Source: Saccostrea cucullata (taxonomy: Eukaryota). From it: a stretch of 64,000 bases of DNA. Location: the NCBI RefSeq assembly GCF_032062105.1, contig NW_026919036.1, forward strand, positions 62,001-126,000, read 5' to 3'. The notes under the pieces are model-generated. The model was not told the origin of the DNA. It was given only the letters and a program-made list of their open reading frames with translations, and searched no databases. The stretch's first letter is position 1. Each line of letters opens with the position of its first letter. This document shows, one piece after another, positions 13,901 through 26,190 of the stretch. The translations under genes were made by a program, and so were the position numbers.

Positions 13901-14554
13901 GGTAAAACTAGAATCCTAAAGACTCACAGAGTTCTAGTCTTACCTGGGAATTTCCTTTGTCTCTGTTGTTAAAGTATTTAATTGACATTCATTCTTAAGT
14001 TCATCTTTATCCTCTAAAACTGGTTCGGTGACTTCCTAGAAAAAGATATAAAGAAGACGTTTATTCAAACTTAAAAAAGGGAAATCAATCATATTGAAAA
14101 ACAATTGACACATGTTTAAATGTGTAAGGGGAGTTATAATAAATCTATTGTGAACGACATGTAAGTCTTGTCAGAGTTAAACGTGTAACTATGTTGTTGC
14201 TCTAGACAAATTTCTAGATTTGCATAATTAATGTACCTTCATAAATCTTTCTTGCTTTTCAACTTCTTCAACCCAAGTATAGCCGAATTTGAGAATCTGT
14301 AGCTTCGTATCCTGAAAACATCAAGAAGTTTTTTTTAATTCAAAAGCAGATGTTTTGGTAATTTATGTACGACCAATTTCTTTGAACGAATTACTTCATC
14401 TGTATTTTTTGCAATGAATTAGTTGAAAAAGGTAGTTACCAGTATTCGTCGTTAAAAAAATCCTTCATAATATTGATGTGCAAGATGTGAAAAATGCCAA
14501 AATACTTACAACATCCTTAACTGGCTCACTTCCAAAATCCAATACAACGTCCAT
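10916..14554 (-). CDS. Uncharacterised 335-aa acidic protein with three ~70-aa tandem repeats (LDFG-x-x-PV ... KL-x-IL-x-F-x-Y-x-W-x-E-x-VE) and a basic amphipathic C-terminus
   Basis: 13 GT-AG exons join in frame with no stop: 14554-14510, 14311-14237, 14035-13944, 13766-13724, 13461-13387, 12884-12793, 12598-12556, 12353-12279, 12136-12033, 11837-11726, 11394-11314, 11198-11091, 10978-10916 (1008 nt). Starts MDVVLDFGSEPVKDV, ends KKRSSISRKIKKFLGFR*. Confidence 0.85.
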
Positions 14555-15709
14555 GATTGTCTACAATCAAAAACGAATATTTATGAATATACGTTTTCTC
14601 TTGTCAAGAAAAAAAAACAAGAAAAGAGTGATTTAGTCGTGAAATTTACCGCTAATATGTCTGCAATCTGCATCCACTTTTGTTATAGTGATAATTATTA
14701 CGTCACTTTAATTGTTACGTTTAAGTTTGTGTGTGTTGCTTTCATGACGTCATACACAATATTTTATTTTATCCAAATCATACTTTTATTATGCCAGGAA
14801 CGTTGGTGTAAAATTGTTGAAAGGACAAGAGGAGATATCTTGTATCTTACATGTACTAAGTAAATTAAACAATAATTCTAACCAAAAACTACTTATATGA
14901 ATTATTAAAGGATCTCCAAAAAATATTTCCATTCCTAGAATTGTAGACCCAAAATACCGATTTCATTTTTTTGTTGTTGTACAACTATTTTCAACCAAAA
15001 CGTAGCAAAATTTACGAGTACGTGTTATAATACAAGATTTAAAAAAAATAATTATAGAGTGCTAGGAAAGTGCCTCATTAATTGTAATTTACAGTTTTAG
15101 TTAAATGGACATTGACGCATGTGAACGCATAAAGACATATTTATTTATACCTATAAGAAAAAAATTGCATGCTAATCTGCCAGTAATATGGGTGTATAAA
15201 TGCTTTTTAAAAACTTACTAGTTAACGAAACAAGAAAGAAATTAATTTCTAGTCAAAAACTCGAAATAGTTTTTTCATATTATTCGTTCCAGGAACTGTA
15301 ATTAGTTTCAGAAGATGGGAAAAATTGGCTTAAATCTACATGTACCTCTGAAGAAACAATGTCATTAAGTTGATCGAGGGGTTATTTCATCAAAGATGTT
15401 CTACGGGAATCAAGGATTTACTTTCGTCAAATACCGTGGTTTATTGTATGCAAATGTGGTTAGGTCATATTATACAGTGCTTTAGATTTAAACAGATACA
15501 GAAACTTTGGTTTAACACATAAAATATAGATGTTTCCATTCCTTTTCTGGGCACAAGGAATGCTACACATGTATTTACGCGTAAATTTTTGATACACAAG
15601 TTTAAGAGCGGTAGCAAGAATATGATGATTGTTCTATTTTTCTATATCAAAAAAAAAAAGCCATTGCTCTTGAATCTCAAACTATCATGTAGTATATAGA
15701 TCTGTTTAT

Positions 15710-15790
15710 ACTCACGCTTTACGCCGCCCTTTTGTTTGGTTGATAAGATAATGTATATATATTTCGTCATAAAGCATGACGTCACAATGC
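15710..15790 (-). promoter_or_regulatory. Candidate promoter and tiny non-coding first exon of the repeat-protein gene
   Basis: On -: CRE TGACGTCA (15777-15784), TATA-like ATATATATA (~15754-15762), then donor GTGAGT at 15715; acceptor TAG before 14560; second CRE at 14745-14752. Confidence 0.35.
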
Positions 15791-16297
15791 TCTTTGTGAT
15801 AATAGTTCGGCAAACCTCGGATGTTTCCGTCACCTACATCAAAGGTGCGACTAGGCAATGTGCTATATGTAGTGTTTAGTTAAAAATATCATAATAGCAT
15901 CAGCAAATAGTAATTTCTATATGGTCGCCTCAATAAACAGAAAAACAGAAAGTACTTTAATTTTATTTACATGGAACACACTCAGTATATATAACTTGAT
16001 TATAAATGTATAATAACTATTAAAAGTTTATACAATAATGTCAAGATCTACTTCCCTTTGGTAAATGAATATGTTACACCTGCTTTTATTTTGATTTCCT
16101 TAAATGCCTTCTGTTTCATTCAGAAGGATATTGCTGGTAAAATACTTCTAAATGACAGGCATATTGTTATAATCGCGCTCTGTAAATAAAGCTGAATTTT
16201 CCACGTCTCCGCATTCAGTCCTTTGATCCTAATCACGATTAATTAAGAGGGTCACGGAGACAGAGAACAGTTTGTTTTTTTAATTCTGGGTGACTTA

Positions 16298-19200
16298 TTA
16301 GAACTTTGTGGCAGTTGTGTCCCCTGCTTCTATTACGTAAGCTTTATTATCATATTCTTTGGATTGCATTTTCATCATGTCAACAGAGTAATCGTTTGCA
16401 GGGGCGGATCCATTTGAAGTGATGTCATTGAAAGCGACGGAATAACGACCTGTTCTGTTCTCAGGTAAGGCGGGTCCCCAGTCTTCTGTTGGCTGCAAAA
16501 AAATAAAACAAAATCAGAAATGAAAATTCGTGGATGAAATTTGAAAAGTAGTCCTTCTTCAAAAATATCGAATGTTGTGTTTGACTGTGATGATATACAT
16601 GTATATTACCTTTCCAAGCCCCTTTTTACAGCTGTAGTATATAAACCAACCAGGAATTCCAATCAAGCACGTGACTTGAATTAACCAGAAGATCACCTGA
16701 CCACTGTCTGGGTATAAATATCCATCACTTTCTAGAGGTTTCGTTTGGGCAATTTTAAAGATAATTACAGCCTGTAAAAAGAAAGAAGAAAGAAAAATTA
16801 CATCATTCCGACTATTAATTTATTGAAATAATAGTGTTCATTAACTTCTTTTAACATTAAAAATTAAAAAAAATAAAATAAAAATTAAATATAAAACGAA
16901 ATATGTTTTAGTTGCCAGATGTATCAGATGTAATAATTTAAGAAGTTGTAAATATCAAATTGAAATTTTAAATTAAAAATACTAAACGTCGCCCGCATAT
17001 GGCGTATGGGGTAGTAGAGCGTCTGTTCTAGAGTCGCAAAGCAAGGAGTTAATTCTTATATCGAGGGTTCTTATCCCACTGTGGGACCTGGAGACCGGTC
17101 CTTCGGATGAGACCGTATCCTAAACCGAGGTCCCGTGTCGCAGTAGGTGCTGGCACAAAAAAGATCCCTTCCTGCTCAATGGCCCTCAGAGCCAAACTGT
17201 ATAGAACAAATTTGTAGCTCTCCATCGGCAAGTGGTGGCGTCTCTATATGAGTGAAAAATTCTCGAGAGGGACATATTCAATCAAAATAATAAACTAACA
17301 ATCAGACTGTAATTTTTCTTTCAAAAAAGGTGGCGAATTTCGAAGATATGTAGATTTTTAAACTTTTTGTTTGGAAACTGACCAATAGCGCCAACGGAGA
17401 AATAAGCAACCAACAGGCTCCAAAATACCAGAAGCAGGGCTTGACACAGAGTCGGTCACCAATCATCATCTCAATGTCCCGCTTAAATCTGAAGAATCCT
17501 GCAAATGATTATATATTTTATTGATTTCAAAATATTTAACAAAATATTACTGTTTTATTTACATTTCAAGCATCTAATATGTTAACAAAATATTAACTGT
17601 ATAAAACGGTACTTATTCTGGTCCTTGGACTTACCATACACGTAACATAAGAGAATCAGCTCAAAGAATCCGACAAACAGCAGCGGGAATCCACCGACAG
17701 CATTGTCCACCAGAGTCAGCATGTAATCACCTCCCTTAATAGACCAAAAAATAGTTTTCTAATTAGTGTTGATCACAGATCCAAAAATAGAACAAGGACT
17801 ACAACTATATAAATTATCAGTATTTCACTAGATCAATTTTATATATTATACTTTAGTTAGTCTTACTCTAGTTGTCATAGGCAAGCCCAAAAGAAACCCT
17901 GTCATGCAGATTCCAAACCGGAAACCCAGAACTCGCCATTTTGATCGAGAGAGGGCCGGAAATTCATCCAGAAGACCAGTCATTACCGTTTCAACAATGG
18001 AGAACTAGTAAATAACATTATAAATTGAATGATTGTTTTAAGAAATAAACAACGACTAATTGTTGCGTTATAATACCTCAGTTTTAATATCGATACATTT
18101 GTATAATTTATAAAATATTACCGCTGAGCTAAACCCTAAAGTCGACATCATGAAGAAAAACAATATTGACCATAACGGCGCTACCGGCATTTGAGCCAAT
18201 CCCTCCGGATAGACAATGAACACAAGACCAGGACCTAGAATATATTGAATTAAACTGAATTGTGCAATTTAGAAATATTTACGGCGCAGAAAATACATTT
18301 TCCAAAAATAGAAACTCGGAACTTCAAGATATTCTTTAATGGATATTTAACTTTAAATATTTAAAGAAACACACAGACTTTAATAGTCTGCCTAGAGGTG
18401 AACACTTAATTATCATTTTAAACAAGAGTTGTAAAAGTCCTAGCAAGTTTGTTTTCATATGATAAATATGGTTTACCTCCCTTGGCCACTTCCGGAACCG
18501 TGACGCCTTTAGCGTATGCCATAAATCCCAAAACTGAGAAGATGACAAAACCCGCATAAAAACTCGTTAGGCAATTAATTAATGGCACCAAAAACGTATC
18601 TCTGAAAAAACAACAATACCGTTTGTTGAATTTATCACTAATAAGGAAAACAACTAGTATTTTAATGATTTCCGTTCATTAAACGCCATTCTCGCAACCT
18701 CTTGGATTCTGTTTCAAATCATATCTAACAGTCACGGGTTGCCTCAAAACCCCTAAAGTTGTGAAGATGGTACAAATTCTTGCTTAAATACAACAGAAAT
18801 GCACCGAGCAACACCGTACATTCCATTTAGTCATTTAGTGATTTTTTTTTTCTAAATTCATGCCACGATGAGCATACAATAACATTGGACCAAAAAAAAA
18901 TAAACATCATGTGCTTGGTTTGCTAGAAAGGTACATGTAAATCAATGAGTTTTGAAATTATATTTACAAGTACATGTAGTAACCTAAAATATTGTCCTTT
19001 CCTGACCACAGGTACTTGTGGACAGGACCCTCTCCCCCCTCCCCGATATTCAACCCCGGGGCTTATTGGACATTTTTTTTTTCAAAAATTATGTTTATTA
19101 CACTTATTCATCATGTGTACAATATGAAAAAATCCTCAAAACCCAAAACAATCGCTCCGCAAAAAAATACCCCACTAATGTATAGTGGGGTATTTTTTTT

Positions 19201-22200
19201 GTGGAGCGATTGTTTTGGGGTTTTAACGATTTTTTCATATTGTACACATGATGAATAAGTGTAATAAATAAAATTTTTGAGAAAAAATGTCCAATAAGCC
19301 CCGGGGTTGAATATTGGGGGTGGGGGGTCCTGTCCACAAGTACCTGTGTTCCTGACGTAAGAAAAATGCCATGTTCACAATTTTGGTATTTACTGTAAGT
19401 ATGCATACCTCAGAACATTGTTATCAAACTTATTGAAGCTGGCCATTGCTATAAGTCCTCCCTGACAAGCGCTGAGCGAGTAGAAAATTTGGACTGCAGC
19501 ATCCGACCATACCTAGAAAAAGCAGGTGTAAGTATTATTTTTTTTATAATAGGACAATTCACAGGTAAGCTTGGACATTCAGTAAGGCTTGGCACTCTCG
19601 ACGTTACATAATTTAGCATCTGAAATTTACAAAGGTTTCATTCACTGTTGAAATATACATGGGATAAAAAATTCGGACAGATGCTAATTAGTGTATCGAA
19701 TAACCATTAACATTGTCTCGTCCGGCAAAGATGTGGGGCTTAAGTCGTTTCATTGTTGTCAATAACAATATAATGATGTTATTAATTTCTTAACCAGTGA
19801 GAATCTATTCGCCAATTGACAGACGCTAATTACATAGAACCGAGAATGCTGCACCTTACTGAAAGTCCAAGCTTATATGAGAATTGTTCTAAATGTGTCC
19901 TAAATACATTCCATTTTATTCATGACTTAGTATGAAAAGAAATGTTTATATTTTATGTGTGCATCGTGTCTTCTTTAAAGTAACATTAGGCTATTCCAAG
20001 TTTTTTCTATGTTTAGCGTCCGCGTGCGCCTTGGTTTTTGACACCCCATACAAGAAAAAACACACAACATCAGGTGTCCAAAAATTGATTAATTAAGTTG
20101 ATTTTTTAAAATTTTGTCACTTTCTCCGAATAATTCTGTACAGTAAGTTGCACTGGGTGAATTTAAAGCATTTAATCCTTTGTTTTTGCTCAAGAATAGA
20201 TATTTCTACTACTAAAGCTGTTTATTTAGATCACATCATTTGAAGGGCGTCATTTTAATGACTTTTAAGCCTGTGTTTTATGTTTTGGCTTGTGTGTTTT
20301 TGCGAATAGGTAGGTAAGTTTTTGAAAGATGGGTGGACGCTAAACAGAGAAAAAACTTGGAATGGCCTTATCTATTGGTTGCAAGAATACATTGCAAATT
20401 TTGTTCCTTTAGAGCAATCAGCTTACGCTGGCATCCGTGAGTTTATCCAAATCGGGAGTTAAGTAGAAATCTATTCCTTGTTTGTAACCATCTAGTGTAA
20501 GTCCCCGGATGAGAAGAGCTGTGAGTAAAACGTATGGGAAAATAGCTGTAAAGTACACAACCTGGTAAATAAAACATTCAAATTTACTTAGAATTTTAGT
20601 TAGGAACTTTTTAAGTTGCTCTTTTTGAAAAACGGCTGTTTTACTTCAGAAGCACATAATTTTACAATACGTACTTTTCCAAGTGTTTTGATACCCTTGG
20701 ACAATACTATAAAAATTATCGTCCAGGCTAGAAGGTTACACAGAGTTACGTCCCATTTCACACCTCCGGTGGACTCGAATCCGTCCGTGATCTCCAAAAC
20801 CCGACGTCTGAGAAAAGGGGAGAGAAATCTTTCAACATTCCTTCATTCTTAGTATTTATAATTGTTAGAAATGAGTTGTTTTGTTTTTTTAAAATCTTTT
20901 AAGGAAGCTCTAAACAGTGCTCACTGAAGAGTTCTATTCAAGTGGTAGTTTTAAGAAGATGAACTTATCTGCCTTTTGATGAAAGAAATAAACGGAAAAC
21001 TACAATAAAAGACACGATTTGGAATGCAGTAATATACTCACTTCTTACATTTTTTCAGTGTTATGAGCTTCCTTTATGTAAAAATACGGTTTTATATATA
21101 TACTTCGTTTGCTTATGTATACCTGAAATACTCTTCACTGACAGAAACTCCGGTTGTGTTTACAGGATAATCAAAAGTCACTGAAAAGATACAAATATTA
21201 TAATGTAAAGAATTTTCCTAGTTTAATCCTAGACCGCAGAAAAAATTCAAGTGAAAAGAACATATCAAGAAATTAATGCTTGTATTTTTGAATATTATAC
21301 TTTCATGTAAATTACTTGAATCTGATTCGTCGAGAAACATTTGATAAAAAACACTACTACCCGCTGAATAATGAAGCCACGCCCTCCTGCGTAGCAACAG
21401 TCAACATTGCTTGACGACGGGTGGTATTCCAAAAAATTAGCGACTGCGCGGAATTTATGCGCGCACGGTTCACTCTAATATGTATTTGTATAAAACATTC
21501 AGTATAATATAATAAATATTGCATGTAGTTGAGTGTAACATTGAAAATTTTCACCCCTCGAAAACCATTGTCAACCTCGGCTGCGCCTCGGTTGACAATG
21601 GTTTTCTTGGGGTGAAAATTTTCAATGTTACACTCAACTACATGCAATATTTATATAATATTTCTTGTCTTTGGATTTAATATTTCCCCCTAAAAATAGA
21701 ATTCTTCTTACAGCACTCATTGCGTGCTCCAAGCCAGGGATCAGGCAGTGAAAAATTCCGTTTTCCGTCTTGACACAGACAGGTATTCCAGTTGTTGTCG
21801 CAATCTTGCCACGGTAGATATGACGTCATCGAAGCAAAGAAGTAGTACAAGCACCAAGCAATAATGACCACATAATACAGGGCTATCCCCATTGATACTG
21901 TTATCATGGCAAACCCCAATCCTATTTAAAAGATGAAACTGAATAAATATATAGAGATAACTAAATCTAAAATATGTTATGTAATTTTTTTGCACTAGAA
22001 AAAAGTATTTTAAGCATATATTGTCTTATAAGAAATTTAAGATTCGTTTTCCCTCTGTTTATTTACTCATATAAATATTGCTTTAGCGCTTATGATTTTC
22101 CAAGAGAAAATTTAAATTAGTGAAGGCACACATTGAAAGATATCGTCTCTTTGTTTCACAATTTTATCAAAATATCAGATATTTATTTCTTTGAGAGTAA

Positions 22201-25200
22201 GCTTCCCTATCAGAGGATATATTGAACCTTAATTTTTTTTTTTTTTTTAAATATTTGCCTTTCATCAAAAGATTTATTTTCCATATGTTAACGGGTCCGA
22301 GACTGGCAAACTGTCCAAATGCGATTTCTAGATAAAACAGGGGGATTCCAATGAACACCAGACAGATGAAGTACGGGATGAGAAAAGCCCCTGAAAGTAA
22401 CAAAGAATTACAAGGTTAAATAACATCTTATTGAAATTCAACACAATTAATGTCGCATGTTACATATAACTGATCTTATTACCATGATACAGTACTTTAT
22501 GGTCCGTAGTCGTGCCTGGATTAAGAGGAAAATACTATATGCAGGGTCTTGTACAAAATTTGATTACATACGACTTTTATTTGTGTTTTAAAATAAAGAC
22601 ATTATTCGGTAACCAAAATTGGATAATGCATACTCGTGAATATAAATGTCATCCTATGAACTTAAATTTACACATTCGTCACACCGTTGTACAGATCGGG
22701 AAAATTGCGTGTTTTTGCATATGATGACAATTCTATTGTGCATTGTAAGTAGATTTAATGACATTTACACTTACCTCCTCCGTTTCTAAATGCTAAGTAG
22801 GGAAATCTCCAGACATTACCCAGACCGACAGCAAACCCCACACAAGTCAAAATAAACTCCACAGGGTTCGACCACTCCGCTCTCTACAATATAATTTTTA
22901 AAAACTTAAATGATCAACCAATTTAAAAAAAATATTTTTATACCCCCCGCTTGAAAAGTGGGAGGGTATACTGTAATCGGTATGTCCGTCTGTACGTCTA
23001 GCTGACGTCCATCCGTCTGTCTGTTACGCTTTGGGGTACCAATCTCTTATCCGCAACTCCTCTTATACCACTGAGTAAAATTTAATGAAACTTTCATAGA
23101 AACTTTATTACATATTGCCATTGTGACCTACTATTTTACTTTTTGATCCGACACATATTTTGGGTTTCCCGGCCACAGCAAAACATGGACTTTTCGATTA
23201 TAATCATATGGGAGGGTGGGTATCATTTAGTGGGCTCATTGCTCACAGTACCTCTAGTTTTTTATTGTGAACGCTTTTAAAGTGTGGCAGAAATTCACAT
23301 GTTCCCACGTTTTATGCTTTTTGTGTTCATTGTCATTTCTTTGTAAGTTCTGATTAGAAAAAAAAAAGATTCATTGCTTACAACATGCAGTATTATTCGC
23401 AAAGGTCGTGTATCGTCATATTTCAAAAGACCACAGTAATTGCAGCAGTGGAGTTAGAAATATTTCAAACTCTATCTCAGAATTAAGGTCAGGTCATATA
23501 TTATTCTCCCCCCCCCGGTCATTAACTTATGAGAAGATAAAATCTTCAAGGTCATTGAAATTCCAACAAGCTCCTTTTAAATTAAAGAATGAGATCTGAG
23601 AAGTTGTGATTGACATGTTGGTAGTTAACGCCTACCCGATTAATCTTTGTGTAAAATTCGCGATCAGATGGATCGCTTTTATGTATTCCAAAATACAATG
23701 TCGTAATTATGTTAAAATATATACATATAAAATGCATTGTTCTCGATACTTTGTAAATATATATTTGTGTTGAATTTTTTTTCAATAAAACCTATTTTGT
23801 AGGCATCCCTTCAAAACAGTTCTGTTCTAAATAACTTTGTTACCACACAGAAGTTTGTTTTATTTGCAGACTTCGGAAAGTGACATTTAATAGAACATTG
23901 TTACTTTTTCTTGTTAGTCACTTATTGGTGTCTTGGTTAATTTGAAAAAAATAAAAAAAGAAATGTTTAATTTTTTTTGGCCGAACCTGAAGATTTTAAC
24001 GATCGTAAATTTAGATGTTCTTATGTATTTTGGTAACTTTTGACTGACGCCAATTAATAATCTACCTCTTCTGCGCCTTGACAATTTGTAGACAGGTATA
24101 TTTATATACATGTATATGAAAAGTACCATATATCACAAACTAACTGCTGAAATTTATACATTTATACACTTTAAAATTTATTAAACTAAGTGACTGATTT
24201 GTCCTTTATAGTTTATAATTAGCAACGTATAAAATTTATTTCTAAATCTAAATAGTCTATATAGTCGAAGGATAGTCTATCGCATTATATGGGGGATAAG
24301 CACTCCTCGATGGATTTCGTTTATAACATTGCCACTGATTTATGGGTGATTGAGATGACCGAATGAATGACAATTTTTGACTTATCTCAACTCTATAAAG
24401 ATAGTTACCCGGAACACAGCCATCGACATTCAAGAACAAAACTTTCTATTTGAGCACTGAATGTACTTGTACATGTTTTGTACATGTTGCAGAGTGGTTA
24501 AAAAAGTATACCAAGTGTATATAATGCTAATATTGGTTCTTTTTTGGGGTCTTTTAAACGTTTTAAATTTTGTCCCGCTCTTTTCGATTCCAATTCTGCA
24601 GGTTATTTAAGAAGCAGTTGGCAGACGGCAAACAAATGATAACAGGAAATTGATTGATTTTCAAACATTGCTTTTCAAAGCCCCTACAAGAAGTGTTTAT
24701 TACTACCCAAAACCCAACTGATAAGACAGGTAAAAAGGTTAAGTAATCCTGAAAGGGCATGGTGATAAATATTTGAAAATAACTCCTTGTTAATATTTCA
24801 TTTTCCTTTCTTCGTCCTTGATTTGTGGGGAAAATAAAACATTTCGAATATATACGTCGTCTAATAAATCTGTAGTACTTGGTGTCAATGATAAAAACAT
24901 GCACTTTAAGTATATTACACCAACATTACAGTGAAATGTTTATATGTATAAAAATGTCAGTGCATATATATACGGGTTGATTTTGTCGGTAAGGGCTTTG
25001 TCGGTAAATGGTGCCATAAATGAGTCCAAATTAACGCAAAAGTATACAATAATGAACTATAAATTTTTGTTGAAAAAAGTTGTTTTAACGGATGAAAAGT
25101 CTGTATTTACATTCATATCTTTTCACGGATTCGAAATCAGTATTTTGACGCGAATTATTGTCTTTGAAAATTATCGAAATAATTTATTTTTGACTTGTTT

Positions 25201-26190
25201 AAAAATAGAAACTTAAACAGAAATTTAACCATTAAGCGTGGGAAAATTAAAGGAAGTCGTAAAACATGGTACTTTTATACACTCGTATTGTAGAGCAGAT
25301 AAAGTATGAATTATGAGCTCACTGTAACACGTACTCTGTATTTCACAATGTCACACGTTTCTTTGCCCATATGTCACCAACTGATAGAAACTTGCAATCA
25401 GTTTTTCAAAATGAAACAGAATGTTTGATAACACGATAATTATAATACATCATTTATATTAATGTTATCCATGCATTGCGATGTACATGTATGGTGGTAC
25501 ATGTACATATTTGGTTATATGTATTGTATTCTGTATAAACAGAAAGCACAATAATTATACGGATTAAATATATTTACACCGTTTATAAAGGGAATGATAA
25601 TTAGTTACAAGGAACAAAATGATATTGATTTTTTTTTTCGGGGAGGGGGGGGGGGTACATATTATACTTTCTTACGCACCTGTCCTCGAATTAATTTCCC
25701 ACCGGGTACTTTATTTTCCGCATATAAACAATTCACAGATAAAGACAATCATTCTGATTAGACAAGCTTAATTTTTTTCCAATTTTGCAATCATATTCCA
25801 AACAAAAACTTCCAGGTAATATCTTCATATGCGGAAATATAACGTGCCTATTTTTTGCGACTAAAATTCATATTTTTATTAGAAAATCTATACTTAATTA
25901 TAAAAACAAAAATATTTGTTTATACATCAAAGTAAACACTTCATTCAAGTTTTGCATTATCTGACCCCGAGACCGATAGGTAAAATTTGTTTTATCAATG
26001 AAAATGTTATCACACAATCATTTGTTACTCCATACAACATATAAATTTTTAAAAATTGAAATCTAACAGAAAAAAATATGTTTTGCTTTATTTAAGTTTT
26101 TTAGAAAGGAAAATAATAAACAGTCTTCATAAACAATTCAGAAAAAAAAAATCGGGGCCTAAAATATCATAAACGTACCTTTCCTCCCAT
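16298..26190 (-). CDS. SLC6 (NSS) amino-acid-type transporter, copy B, intact, ~613 aa
   Basis: Exons 26190-26179 (MGGK), 22883-22775 ([14 protein letters not shown]), 22390-22259 (GC donor), 21921-21712, 21180-21123, 20807-20675, 20561-20427, 19512-19409, 18601-18477, 18234-18122, 18004-17867, 17734-17635, 17498-17383, 16771-16610, 16492-16298; total 1842 nt in frame; ends ATKF*. Confidence 0.9.
16991..17284 (+). mobile_element. tRNA-derived SINE, near full length
   Basis: Degenerate A/B-box head (TGGCGTATGGGGTAG ... GGGTTCTTATCCC); body shared with 1772-1997 and 26770-27018; ATCAA tail. Confidence 0.8.
19007..19348. mobile_element. Fold-back MITE with 8-bp TSD (P-element or hAT-like)
   Basis: Nearly the whole element is an inverted repeat (CACAGGTACTTGTGGACAGGACCC ... 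GGGTCCTGTCCACAAGTACCTGTG); TTCCTGAC duplicated at 18999-19006 and 19349-19356. Confidence 0.9.
19989..20367. mobile_element. MITE with TTA TSD (PIF/Harbinger or Zator-like)
   Basis: TIR GGCTATTCCAAGTTTTTTCT-TGTTTAGCGTCC / GGACGCTAAACA-AGAAAAAACTTGGAATGGCC, flanked by TTA on both sides. Confidence 0.8.
21512..21654. mobile_element. Long palindrome, probably part of a non-autonomous element
   Basis: ~60-bp near-perfect arms ATAAATATTGCATGTAGTTGAGTGTAACATTGAAAATTTTCACCCC... around a CTCGGCTGCGCCTCGG centre. Confidence 0.7.
22935..23259 (+). mobile_element. Helentron-associated non-autonomous element (HINE/DINE-1-like), copy 1
   Basis: TTTTATACCCCCCGC subTIR plus hairpin, GTCC/GTCT microsatellite, 3' GGGTATC plus stem-loop and CTAGTT end; same family as 32770-33133. 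Confidence 0.8.

Noticed and set aside
18945-19406. Mirror-image ORFs on both strands
   Set aside because: Produced by the palindromic MITE at 19007-19348
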